This document shows, in pieces, positions 51,301 through 64,000 of a stretch of DNA of 64,000 bases. Both the position numbers and the translations under genes were made by a program. The first letter of the stretch is position 1, and each line of letters starts with the position of its first letter. Under the pieces are notes generated by a model that had not been told where the DNA came from, ran no database searches, and was given only the letters and a program-made list of their open reading frames with translations. The stretch is from the NCBI RefSeq assembly GCF_018977255.1, contig NW_024704742.1, forward strand, positions 48,424,001 to 48,488,000. The letters are read 5' to 3'. The DNA comes from Callorhinchus milii (lineage: Eukaryota).

Positions 51301-53283
51301 GAGGAAACAGTGAAACACTTTGAAGAGAAGAGTAAGGGAGAGTAGAACGATTGAGAGAAATTGAACAAGTAAACTAAAATCCAGCCAAAAGATAGCAAGG
51401 CTATTCCACATGCAGGCATTTATAAATCATTAAAAACTACAGCACATGCATGCATTTTTTTCTTTTTAAAAAAAGATGTTATTCCACCAATGCCTTCCGC
51501 TAGTAAACCATCTCTACTTACAGTTCCAGTCAATAAATGTTCTTTAGTGAAAAGCTTCAGGCCATCCTATCCAATGCCATTCCACCTCATTTAAAATTCA
51601 CCTCAGCTGCATCAATGTTAATAGGCAGACACTAGGCAGAAAAAGAAATTCCACTCTCGGTGTAAAACATGACAATCATGCACACCTAAGAGAATAATTG
51701 TCTCTAATTATGAACTGGCGCTCCCATATTTTCTACCAGGCAGACACATTTGCAGCTTTTACGGATCACTTAAAGAACAGATACAATGGCAGGAATTACT
51801 ATCATATGTTGGTTGAATCAACATGCAGCCAGTAACAGTGCAGATTTATCAGACCAGAAACATGTCACAGCTGCTTCCATTCCACTGGCCTACTTAGCAG
51901 ACATGCCTTCAAGTGATACTGATAACCAACATAATATAAAAAATACATGTTTATATTATTTTCCCCAAATCTGCTGCTTTAAAACTATTTTTAACAAATT
52001 GTGCCACTTTGTGGAGGAATGGTGCCTGCCTTTTCTTATTCTCATGTAGAAATGACCTTTGTCTCTCAGACTTGTAAACTATACCCTGCACCACATGGAT
52101 TCATGCATAGCATCCTCCCTCACAGACCCATCCCGGCTCTAGCTCATCCCATACACCAGTGTTGGCACCATTCAGCCCAGCCATCACAGAGCAATTACAC
52201 AGGATTGCCCTCCACTCTCATTGAGATCTGGGTGATTGAATGCTATTGCACAAGGTAACCTTTGCCACAAAAATGCTTGTATTTACTGAGGCATTTGCCT
52301 CCAAAACAGCGCTTGACAAACAAAAAGCTTATCCTGAACACTCACCGCTTGCTGCAACTGCAAATCCATACCCTGAAAGTTGCTCCTCTTTCAGCTGCTG
52401 TATGTTAAGCACATCTCACATCATATTCATTACCAGCATCGATTTGGATTAAAAAGAAGAGAAGCACTGAGTACTTACAGTGCTGCAGACACACATTTCT
52501 ACACTGGGAACCTGCTGTCCTATGGAACAGTGAATGACAGCACACAAGCCAAACACCTGGATTTCTTTCTCATGCCAGAAAAATTGTAGCTTCATTTCAC
52601 GCTCCACTAGCTCAGAGATCTTTGCAGAAAAGAATGTGAACTGGAGCCCAGTCCTCTAGGAAGTGTGCCGCCCGGATTGCAAATACATTTCTCTTCCTTA
52701 CCCCCTTCATGTGCTGCAGCGGAGAGGAATTAAAGTGCTGAGCACGTCAGATTGCCTTCACACTACAGACAGCACGCTGCCCGGATTCATTCCCACAGGC
52801 TTTAGCATGAATCAGGTGATGCTGAGTGCTCGTGATACAGCCATGTACTTTAATGACCTGTGGAAACCTCTCCAGAGTGACAGCTCACTCATTTATTAAT
52901 ACAGTAATCCAGGTTCTCTCAGCCCCTACATTCCTCCCCCTCAGACAATACCCTAACTATATCTCCCCATGTCTCGCTTAACATGAACAGATGCCATGGG
53001 TGTAGCCCCGGTCCTTTCCCAATGCTGCACACCCTCGGTAGCCTTCTTTCTCTACATATCCATCACCGTAGCAAAGCAATCTACCAGAGTGATAGCGATG
53101 GGAATAATCTAAATGAGAGAATATATATACACACACACTCTGCTGCATCTCTGAAATATTTTGTATATTTCAATTTTCTTTTTATTTGTTCCAAACCACA
53201 AGCCTGAAACAAATAGTCCTTACATTTCTCTAACATTCAAATTCTGTGATTTTCCGTTCTGGTACATTAGTCAATGTAAGAAT

Positions 53284-53306
53284 AGAGAGAGAGAGAGAGA
53301 GAGAGA
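53284..53306. repeat. (AG)n microsatellite
   Basis: Direct reading. Confidence 0.9.
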
Positions 53307-56247
53307 AAAATAGCACAGAGAAAAATACGCTGAGAAGAGAAAAATGACTAAAGTAATTACAAGTGTAATATTTCTAAACTTAGCTGAAACACACATGCGT
53401 ATTAACCCTTGGTGTGCCATGGGTGAAATCTGTGCCTGTTTCTCTGTAATGGTGCTTCCTGCTGCTGCTGTGTGTGAAAATGTATAGGCTATTGACCTGG
53501 CCAAATCAATGCTGCAACCATGTCAACTGTTCCTTTTCGGTCTGTGCACAAAAAAGGGGTGTGTTAAAAGCTCTGGCTTTTGCAACTTGCGCCCTCCTCC
53601 AATATGTACAGTGGGAGCAGAAGGAGGAATACAGGCAAGAAACATCTTTCCAATTAGAGTTTCAGCAAGGCATAGAAACACTGAATTAATATTCTTAATT
53701 CATATCCTGTAATACAGTAGTCTGGAATTAACATTCAGTTATTTGAGATTTTGAAACAAATGCCTTTCCAATGTATACTCTGTGGGCGACAAGTACAGCT
53801 CCAAGTGACCAATATTCATGTGAGAGCCTTGATGACAGCAAGTATTGACAGGCCATTTGACTGTGTGGACGATCTGATCAGAGCCCCATCTTGTCCTAAC
53901 CCGATGACCACACACCTCCAGCAAGGTTTACTCGACAATAAACAACAACTTGTGTCCTCCACATAGGATATTTCAGAACAACCAATAGCAATCAGTAGCT
54001 GAGAGTCCAAACAACAACTACAACAATAACTTACATTTATATAGCGCCCTTTTGCAGGGTAGTGTCCAAGAGAGCTTTGAATCAAACCTGGAGGATTCAT
54101 GCCGATTGTAATACCCTGCTTGCTGGCCTGTCTGAAAGAAGCTAAATCAGCACCAACAGGTCAAACTCAATGCCTTCCCAAGTTTACATGCCCAGATACT
54201 CACTGGCTAGTCCTGGTGACCAGTGGTGAACTTATTTCAGTACTTTTAGTTTTGAAAATAAAAACACATTTTGATGATTTAAAAAATTCCCTTGGGAAAC
54301 AGACATCCAGATCATCACTACCACCACCAACAACAAACTTACATTCATATAGCGCCTTTTATGTCGGGAGGATGCCATAAGGCGTTGGACAGTGAAGGGT
54401 TTGCCCCTGAGCTGGGGGTTGGAGTCAAGAGGGGTCACTCCAGCCTGTGCTGAGTTAATTGACACTAGTCAGTGCAGCAGTAGGGAGAGCTAAGGCTAGT
54501 CTGAGTGCATGTGGCTAGCAATATGAGAAATCAGCCTGGTTCCTGCTCCAAATGACCAGCCAGGGACCTGTGCTGTGCATAGACAAAACCTGACCTGCCT
54601 GTGATGACCCCTCACACACAGGGGTTTCCGGTGGAAATTTGTTCTACTCTGTTGGTAAATAAGTGCCTGCTCTTATCCTAACTGATGCTTTCATTTCAAA
54701 CACACGCTCCAGTTCTGCCCTCGCAGTCTAGGACAAACATCTACATCATCTATAGTGCTCTTCATTTTAAATCCTGGATCACATCACCTTTAAATTTTTG
54801 TTTCTCCAGGAACAATTTCTGCTCTGCGATCATTCCTCACAACTGCACCTTTCTGTCCTGGAGACACCACTTTTTTGGTCTTCTCTGTATCCCCCTCAGC
54901 ACTTCAATTTGTTCTCTTTAGGAGTCAAAGCAATCTTTAATGATAAAACGTTAATAAAGTTCAGGATTCTTCCCTCTGGGTACAAGGTTATAGTTCATCC
55001 TCTGAGACCACAGATCTCATCCACTCTCTGTAAAACAAATTTCAATTTCTCAGCTCAGTCATACAACATGGACCAGCCTTCGTGGAACTTATTCAGCCTC
55101 ACACCATAGTCTGTAGCCTTACTTGAGGGAAACGGCTCCAGATAGCAGAGGATGCTTTCACCGAGATTCCACTCTTCAATTTGCTCCCAAAAATTCAGCC
55201 CCTCGGATATATTTCGCCTCCTTCGATATGCAATGGTATCTTTGTTCATGTCTGAGCACCATGCAGTTAGAGCAACAACAACGGCAAACCCACTACTTCA
55301 ATCACGTCTGCAGCAGTCCTTCACCCAAGCAGCAGTGGAGCTTTCAGACAAACGCTACACAATTCTTTTTCCGCTTGTGTGCTTCAAGAAGAATTTTTCA
55401 GTGCAGTCCGTCACTGTAATTTCAGCGAGGGACTGCAAGAGTCTTTTTATTTTTATAAGCGAAGGACCCACAGAGAGCGTTACAAGAATTACGGCTAAAG
55501 ACATTAGTGCCAGAGGGAACTAGCATTCTCAAGGATTAAACTTTTATCAGCAGTTACCTATAATTCATCAATCTTTCATTGTGGTCGCTCTTTGGGGGGA
55601 AAAATTATTGGGTCAGAAATCATTAGTGATACTTTCATTATCTGCGATTCTGTGTTTCAAAAATAAAATCACTGAGAACATTAGAAATGTAAAAAAAATG
55701 ACAGTCGAGGTACTATCTGTCATCTTTAAGTGGAAACCTGAGATAATAAAATGTTTTACTGGAATTCTTGATTTACAACTGCTCCATAGGAGAGGTCTGG
55801 CCAAAATCCTCCAAATAAAAATTGGTCACTCACTTCATGGCTGTTTGTGGAACATTGCTATACACAGATTGGCTGGCATGGTCACCCACAAAATATATAA
55901 TCTCACTATTTTATATAGTTTATATAGTGTTTTCGGGGTGTCTTCCCTATGTGAAAGGCGCTGTACCAAACGCAAGGATTATTATTATAATTTTTATTAT
56001 GATTATATCCCTCTGTGTGTCTAGTGCTTGCTCCCTCAGGGAACAGTTACATTGCGGTATTGGCCAATCACTAGTCCACTGAATCCAGAGTTTGGTCTAA
56101 AAGGGTCACTGTCAACATGAATGAAAAGTGTTCAATAGACATTTTTTCTCGGGGGCCAGGGCAGGAAGAAAAGGAGGGGTAGGGAGAACCACATGGAAGA
56201 AACCTAGTGAAGAACCGGTAGGAACATCTCTGTATTGTTAGCTTTTA

Positions 56248-56564
56248 AATAATAATAACAATAATTCTTGCATTTAATACAGCGCTTTTCACGTCTTCTC
56301 GACGTCTCAAAGTGCTTCACAGAATATGCTGTAAAGTGAATTGACTGTATATTTGTGGGCGAAACGCGGCAGCCAATTGCGCACAGCAGTGTCCCACAAA
56401 CAGTCGTGGATTGAAAATGTCCAATTTATTATTTTTTTGTTTTGGAGGGATTATTATTAGGCGTGTGGAGTAAGGGAACTTGCCCAAGGTTTCACCCTGC
56501 CTGGAATTGAACCCAGGTGTCTCGCTTACAAGGCGAGTGCTCTCACCACTGAGCTACAGGACTC
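56248..56564 (-). mobile_element. Full-length tRNA-headed SINE
   Basis: Same family, reverse orientation. Confidence 0.92.
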
Positions 56565-58379
56565 CGACAAACCAAAGAAAAAATTACCTTCAGATAAAAA
56601 TATTATCTAATGAGGATAACATGCTTATGCTTTAACATCGATATCGGGTTAAATAAAACCAGTTGAGCCCGACTGATTTGATGTCTGATGATAGCTAATT
56701 ATAATAATAATCCTTGAATTTAGCTTATTATTTGTGTTTCTTTTTCATATCTTTTCTTACCGAATCTGACCTTTAACACTGGCAGGACAAGTAATCATTC
56801 TGAGCAGCTTTAGGCTATCATGCATTTGCAACGTCTGGGCAGGAACAATAGTATTTTTTTTAAAATGGTGAAGCTCTTGAAAAACACAGGCCCTGCTGCT
56901 GAAATAGCCATGTGGGGATTGTGCTCGCTAGAGTTACAAACATCGGCTACAGTTTGCGCATTTGCCTTACAATTTCTGGCAAAGCACAGAGGAGCCATTC
57001 ACAACATTAATAGGCTACTTCTTCAGTGATATGCAGCCGTTTGTGTCATGAGACAATAGAAATGGTGTGGAATACATCATTACTAACTATCCAATGAATA
57101 AACAGCCCATCAGCTTCAATAACATATGTTTATATAGTGCAGTATTTTTCACATAAAAATATCTCAAAACGCTGAAACGACAATAATAATAATCATTGCA
57201 TTTGATGTAGTCCCTTTCACATCATGAGGATGTCTCAAAGGGCTTCATAGGATTTACTGTAAAGTGTAGTGACTGTGTATTTTGTTGGTGAATGCAGTGG
57301 CAAGTTGCACACAGAAATTGTCCAACAAACAGCCAAGAAGTGAGGCCTGACTTGACAAGTGTGGTGATGTACACCAAGCAGGGATGTGGGAACTTCAAAG
57401 ATATGGCCAAAAGCATGGTTGCTGCCATATGTCTTTACCAGGTTTTTGAAGGTAGGGAGAGAGGCAGCAAATGGCTTTTTGAAGAGATTTCCAGAGGATG
57501 GATGCTTGTTTGCTGATGACTCGGCTACCAAAGCTTCTGAAGAATGGACGTTGGGAGCCCAGCGAGGAAAGCTTTGGAAAACCCAACCCTGGAGGTGACA
57601 TCAGTGCAAATAATATTTTGGCTGCAGTGAGGATAGATCAAACCCATTTCCAATTCAGTTTACATAAGACCAATGAGCTGCTATCACTTCCCTCTCTCAT
57701 CCTATTCATCCTGTACTCTGTTCCTAATCTTATGATAATTTAGCTGAGGTGTGAATGACCCATAAGCATCAATCAACAGATACTGACCTCCTTTGAAAAA
57801 GAAACGTTAAACTATGCAGCAAGGTACTCGAGGAGCTGGGATCACTCTACCGGTTAAAAATGTGTCTTGTCCCCCACCTTTAAGTCTTCCTTGGATAATA
57901 GCAGACTTACAAGGCAAGAGCTACTTCATCTCCAAGGAGATCCCTCTTACATCCTCTCAATAAGATTTAATTTAAAGACACAGTGCTCATTTTATTGAGC
58001 TTGAGAAGTTGAAGGGTTATGTGGACCCAGAGTTTGATTTGAATCCAGAGCCTGACAGTGGTCTTAACTTAACCAACATAGCTGCCCAGGATGCAAATTA
58101 AGTCCCTTTTAAAAGTATAAACTGACCCAGAATTAACAGGGAGTCTCTTCCATTCAAGTACCAGCATGTGTCGAAAGATCCAGCCTAACTCCAGGGCAAT
58201 GTTACTGAAAAAAGGAAAATGAATCACTGAAAGCTGTTCAAATTAAGGCTTCCAATACCTTGTTTAGATGTATCTACAACTCTCAGATTGAAGGAGCTGC
58301 TGGAAAGAGCAGTTGCCCGCAGGAATTCAGAATTTGCTTTCAATCTATTCAGCAGAGTTTGTGAACAAGCTGTTTTGTG

Positions 58380-58553
58380 GAGTCCCATAGCGCAGTGGTT
58401 AGTGCGCTTGCCTGGCAACTGAGAGGCTCTGGGCAGCATGAAACCTTATAGGCAAGATTCCTTGCTCCACACACTTCTGTTTAACTAGCACTAAGTAGAA
58501 AGGAACCCAGTTGTTAGTCGATTAGCAGATTGTTTTCCAGGGGTAATAATCCC
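58380..58553 (+). mobile_element. 5' half of a long-variant SINE
   Basis: gagtcccatagcgcagtggttagtgc...ggaacccagttgttagtcgatt. Confidence 0.8.
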
Positions 58554-60480
58554 CACGACTCTCAAAAGCATTATTTGTTACTAGTAGCATGAACATTTGG
58601 GGTATGAAACACCATATATAAAGTGCCAGCTGGCCTGGAATGCACAGCTGCAGTACAATGTCCAAATATATATATATATAAAATATATATATGATCACTT
58701 TACCAGAGACTCTAATTTGATATCAGTCATCTCATTGATTCATTCGTGCATTTTTGATAAACAATTTAAAATAATAAAATATCATTCACTACTCTACACA
58801 GTCTGAAAAAAATAACATTCACTGATCTAGATCAGTACTGAAAAGGGTGTGTGGTTAGCTTCATAGCTTGCTCTGGCTACAGACCCTCAAACAGCTAGGT
58901 GAACAATAGAAGTGCATTATTTCAATGTACTTCATGGGTCCATTGCTCTTTTACATTCATTTTGAACCAAGTTCTGATCTCTGTCCTTTGCAAATTCATC
59001 CTTATCCAATTGTCAGTTGGGGAGATTTGAAGATTACCCTACATCCTGTGCCAGCTCATTCCTCCACAATATTTTGAGAACTCAAGTGAAAAGCTCAGAA
59101 TGGAGGACACCAACAACAACTTGCATTTATATAGAGCTCCTCAGGAAGGATAGCGTCCCTGAGCGCTTCACAGTGGCAGAGCATGCCATGAAGATGCCAT
59201 GAATAGGGAGACGGGAGGAGCAAGGCAGAGGGATAGAGGGAAAGTGGTCCAGAGTTCCATCACCAGGGATAAAAACAGCACCAGAGAAACAAGATACATC
59301 AACAATGGTTAGGTAACACCAATAGTGGACACAAAAGACTGACAATTTTATGAGGAATGTAATAATAATAATCCTTGCACTTGATATAGCGCTTTTCACG
59401 TCTTCTAGACATCTCAAAGCGCTTCACAGAATAGACTGTAAAGTGAATTGACTGTATATTTATGAGTGAAATGTAAAGGAATGTAAAGGAAGAAAGGAGG
59501 TTTCACACTTGAATTCCTTAGAAGACTATCTTAATAGAGTTGAATTGGCTATCATAATCTCTCCCAGAATAACCATATGCTGCTACAGCCTACTGAGAAG
59601 ACATTGCCCAATAGCGTTAACCTATTTCAACGATTTGGCATCCTATCAATGAGCAGTCACCTTTGTAGTGCTCACTGGACATCTTTAAGTAAAAAAGTTG
59701 CCTACGTAACAGTTGCTGTAAAATCAGATTTTTATTTGAAACATACATCAATTAGTCTGAATCCACTTCCTGGAGGTGTTTTCGGGGCAGGTCTCAAAGC
59801 AAATCAATAGCAATTTATACTACAGTCACGCAACACTTTTAGTGCCATTTTGAGGCAAAACCTAGTGGAGCAGAACTTGGACATGTTATTCCCTTCATTG
59901 TACAAAGCTCACAAATCAAAAATAACATGAATGTTCGGAGTATGTTGCAGCGTTGTTCACAGAACTGACCCACATTAGGTCATGTGCCACTGGATCCTAG
60001 TACTACAGCCTACTTTAAAAGCACTTGTTATGTAACCAGTCTATTTTACTTCAAGTCCGTTTGGCAATACAATTTAGATTTGCTCCAACAACAATTAGGA
60101 ATTACTATGAAGACCTACTCTGGACATAAATGCCTCCAGAGACAGGATTTTAGCCAGGAGGAATTCTGCAATCTAAACCTGGTGTTAATTATTAGCATTG
60201 CATAATTGAGATTGAGAGTGAATACATTTTGAAATAAGAGAAAGGAAAAAAATAACATATCTTGTTGAAACCCAATCAGTAGATAGAGAGGTCTACTAAC
60301 TTTTTTTAATCTTTCTAAACCAAAATCTATTCCCCTCCTAAACCTACTCAGTGATTCAGGGACATTTCTCTGTCTGCTAACAATGGCAGAAAAACCATCT
60401 GAGAGCCTTCATTACCAGCACAATGCTACTAAGCATTACACACCAGACTCACTCCTTCTCAAATAGGAGATAAAACACTT

Positions 60481-60714
60481 GGGGGCAGAAATTCCATCTG
60501 GTTTACTCTATTTAGGTAGCATTTTAGAGCATCCCAAATTTGGCAACTTCTTGAATTCAGTCTCAACCCTGAAGTCAGTCTTATGTACTTCTTAAAAGTA
60601 AACTACAGAAACTGGCGTCAGAACTACAACAGAATTTAAGAAACTGCAAAATTCTGGATTCTCAGAAATGCTAAGAAACTAGATTAAATCTAGATTTAGG
60701 TGGAATCTCTTCCC
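60481..60714. mobile_element. MITE-like palindromic element, same family as 26250 and 14496 copies
   Basis: ggggcagaaattcca...agcattttagagcatcc versus ggattctcagaaatgct...tggaatctcttccc. Confidence 0.65.
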
Positions 60715-61032
60715 TTTGGTTCCCAGATAAGCTGATCTCCTGGAAGTTGACTTTACCAGGCAATGGAGGCTGATGTTTTCTTTCAACAGGTGATGTCTAG
60801 ACGGACAAGCAATAGGGCAATGCCACACGTATAGCCTCAGCTCCTACTTCAGAGGAGAAAATGCTACTGGAGTGACTGCAAATTTGCAGCAGAGTGACAA
60901 TGTAGGGAGGGAGAGAGCGAGAGGAAAGAGACAGAGAGAGAGAACAAATTAAATGGGAGCCTTGTCCTAGCATATTTTTCAGTGATGCATTTGTCTATTT
61001 TTTGGCTAAATTTACAGATGCCAAATTCTCTG

Positions 61033-61787
61033 TAGTAATAGTAATAAATCTTGCATTTGATATAGCGCCTTATCATGTCTTCGAGACGTCTCAAAGCACT
61101 TCACAGAATATACCTATAAGATTCTTAAGGGTTTTGACAGGGTAGATAGTGTGAGACTGTTTCCCCTGGTTGGAGAATCTAAAACTAGGGGTCATAGTCC
61201 CAGGATTAAAGGTCAGCCCTTTAGAACAGAGTTGAGAAAACATTTCTTCACTCAGAGAGCAGTGAATTTATGTAATTCTCTACGCCAGAAGGCTGTGGAT
61301 GCTCAGTCATTGAACATATTTATGACTGAGATCGATAGATTTTTAAAAACGAAAGGGATTAAGGAATATGGGGATAGGGAGGGTAAATGGAATTAGGTTA
61401 GAAGATCAACCATGATCTTATTAAATGGAAGGGCAGGCTCGAGGGGCCGAATGGCCTACTCCTGCTCCTATTTCTTATGTTCTTATACTGTAAAGTGAAT
61501 TGACTGTATATTTTGTGGGCCAAAAATGGCAGCCAATTGTGCACAGCAGTGTCCCACAAATAGTGGAGGATTAAAGTGCCCAATTTATTATTTATATTTT
61601 TTTGCAGGAATTATTAGTCCCGGAAAAGCAATCCACCAAACGAATAACAACCAGGTTCTTACTTACTGCTCGGTAAACAGAGTGTGTGGAATAAGGAAAC
61701 TTGCCCAAGATTTCGTACCACTCGGGAATTGAACCCAGGTCATCTTACTTGCAAGGCGATTTCTCTAACCAATATGTTATAGGACTC
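61033..61787 (-). mobile_element. Long-variant SINE interrupted by a CR1 fragment
   Basis: Tail 61033-61113; body and head 61484-61787. Confidence 0.88.
61114..61483 (+). mobile_element. CR1-clade LINE 3' fragment
   Basis: LFPLVGESKTRGH...FRTELRKHFFTQRAVNL.NSL (CR1 ORF2 C-terminus); tail gggccgaatggcctactcctgctcctatttcttatgttct; TATAC duplicated at 61109-61113 and 61484-61488. Confidence 0.92.
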
Positions 61788-63495
61788 CACGAATAATAAA
61801 TAAAATCAAAACCATCAGCACAGAGGAAATTCAGTAATCAAACTCACCCCCTGTAGGGTGCGGAGTCCAGAAATGTGCAAATTCAGTGAAGACAGCAGCA
61901 AGGAAAACAAAACAAAGCAAGCCTTGGGCCAAGAGAGGATGTCGAAAAACATCTATGTCCTTTATATCTTTTTAAAAAATCTAGGAATCAAAAGCTTTAT
62001 TGTATCCTCGCTGTGGATCCCCAAGGGCAAATAGCACAGCTTTGCTGCAGGCAACGTTCCTGTCACACAAATACAATTATCTATACGTTTGTAATCCTGG
62101 AAAACAATATAAAAATAATCTCCTACTGAAGTGTTCAAAACCACAATGCCAAGGATTTTCACAGCCGAAACCAATGTTATTTGAGGTTGAATCCTCAGAC
62201 AGGGAATTGAAAATGCACACACTATGCTGTAGAAGCTCTTTTTCTTGCGTGAAAGAAGACAGTAGAGTTGGGCTACAGGAGAGCAGGCTGCTGCTGTGTC
62301 TGCACAGTGAATCGCTGGTTTAGTGAATGCCTCTCTAAACAGCTGATAACCTCAGGCAAAACTCCTCTGTTTTACACATTTTTAAAATTTTATTAAAAAA
62401 TATTATTCAAAGCTTGTTGCACAGTTGCATGGTACCAGTATACCCAGGCTGACAAGAACCTGGATAATTGGGCTTCTGAGAGGCCTTTAACAAGGCATCT
62501 TTGTTGTTCTCATAATGAATCCTTCCAGAGCAATGATTACAATGCTTACATTGAAAGGGGAATCCAAAGCAACAAGGACACAACTGGGCAAGTGAGGACA
62601 CAGGCATGTAGTCAATGCACTGTCGCGAGCTGTGACATTTATTTCTACTCATATATCTTCCTTGATCCCTAGCCGTTGGTGTAAACTTTCAGGGCTAGCC
62701 TACAGAGGTGGGCTGATACCTCAGGGCCCCCTGGCCAGAAAAACACAAAAGCCAACGTTCCATTTCTCTTACTGTCCTGGGTGCTGTTGCCTAGGGAAGT
62801 GGAATGAAGACCCACTCTGGGACTTGGAGATAAATGCCTCCAGAGACCAGATTTCAGCCAGCAGCAACGCTGCAATATAAACTTGGTGTTAACTATCAGC
62901 ACTGCATAATGGGAGTTCCTATAGGAGACGTTAATGTTGTGTCCCAAAGGTGGGTCTTCTGTTCACTTTCTTAGGCATCACTGTATAGTGGGAATTCCTG
63001 TATCAATATATACAGAAATTATTCTTATCCATTAAATGCATAATATTAATGTCAATAGTTCATCATAAAAACATTCACTGGCTAGGTAAACATAACGAAC
63101 ACTGATGCAGAGCTTGCTGAAACGTCCTGAGACGTGGAAGAGATAAAGTGGTTGTCAAATTTGTCCCATTTGCTCTGCAGATGTTCCTGAAGGCTTTCGT
63201 TTTTGTGTGTGGAGGAGAACAGCAGGCACATTCTTAACTCTGTGAATACCACGTTTAAATTAATATTTATTTGTCAGTGCAACAGTTGAAGCACCCAATG
63301 TTCCTCCAAACCGCATGATTGTACCTAGAAAAATGTCAGATATTTGCACAAACAGCAGTCAGATCCACTGCATTTGCATCAGGTATTCCTTTCACTGCCT
63401 TTCACATCGGGCGAACAAGCTGCCCTGGTAAAAGAGTCAAGCAGCTACCCTTCCTACTCTGACAAAAAGGCTCCATAACATGCCCCCTCAGCATG

Positions 63496-63519
63496 CACAC
63501 GCACACACACACACACACA
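63496..63519. repeat. (CA)n microsatellite
   Basis: Direct reading. Confidence 0.9.
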
Positions 63520-64000
63520 GACCCAGTGTAATGGTTGTGTCTAGAGATTCTTGTGTTGCCATTGCTGTTTTAGATCTTTGATCACATAACTGAATGTGAG
63601 AAATGAGTCAACCCTTTTGTCTGGGCCTTGAGCCAGGCAGGTCCTCCAAATCACTGCTGATGACAGACAATTCAGTATGGCTTGTCAGTAGGATTTGGAA
63701 AGGGCAAACTAGTCAATGGAGCAAGGATTCTTCCCATCCAGTTCCTGTTAACCCTGCAAGCCAAAGCCCTAACAGCTAGAATGGTCCAAACTGGACAAGC
63801 AACAGGATGCTTGCCAGTCAAAGCTTTCACTGGCAAGTTGTGTGTTTTTAGCTGGCTAAACAACACATATTTGGGGTCCATAAGCCTTGGTTCTTGCAAT
63901 CTGCATCTAATACTTTCGAGGGCAAGCAGGGTACATCCTCTCCAGAGAGACTGCTCATTTAATTTCCAGCCACAGGGACATTTCCACGTATAGGTGGCAT

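Noticed and set aside
61842..61930. GGG|GTGAGT donor as an additional APBB2 coding exon
   Set aside because: In-frame stop shortly upstream in the required phase and no APBB2 similarity; cannot support it.
34540..64000. Upstream APBB2 PTB1 exon (..IRVWGVGRDNG)
   Set aside because: Not found by eye; probably lies beyond the window end.
1..64000. CRISPR arrays, operons or other prokaryotic systems
   Set aside because: Eukaryotic intron/exon sequence; repeats are dispersed TEs, not regular repeat-spacer arrays.

Overview
Vertebrate genomic DNA, most likely a cartilaginous fish (chimaera/elephant-shark-like, inferred from the repeat families). Two genes lie tail-to-tail, as in human. The last coding exon of NSUN7 is on the + strand (4805-5422). 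The 3' part of APBB2 (Fe65-like 1) is on the - strand: six ordinary coding exons (end of PTB1, all of PTB2, C-terminus) plus a 6-nt AGAGAG microexon at 34530-34535. I did not find the next upstream APBB2 exon, so 34.5-64 kb appears to be intron. The rest is dominated by retroelements: a young L2-clade LINE (one 2.6-kb copy with an unbroken 823-codon ORF and two short copies), many tRNA-headed SINEs with an L2-type 3' hairpin tail, older Deu-domain-type SINEs, CR1 and L2 relics, and a palindromic MITE-like family. I found no convincing novel gene system. The most interesting signals are the microexon and its regulatory context, a candidate alternative first exon whose frame depends on the microexon, and visible SINE/LINE tail co-variation and nested-insertion footprints. 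Gene and family names come from recalled sequences, not database searches. Boundaries of degraded repeats are approximate.
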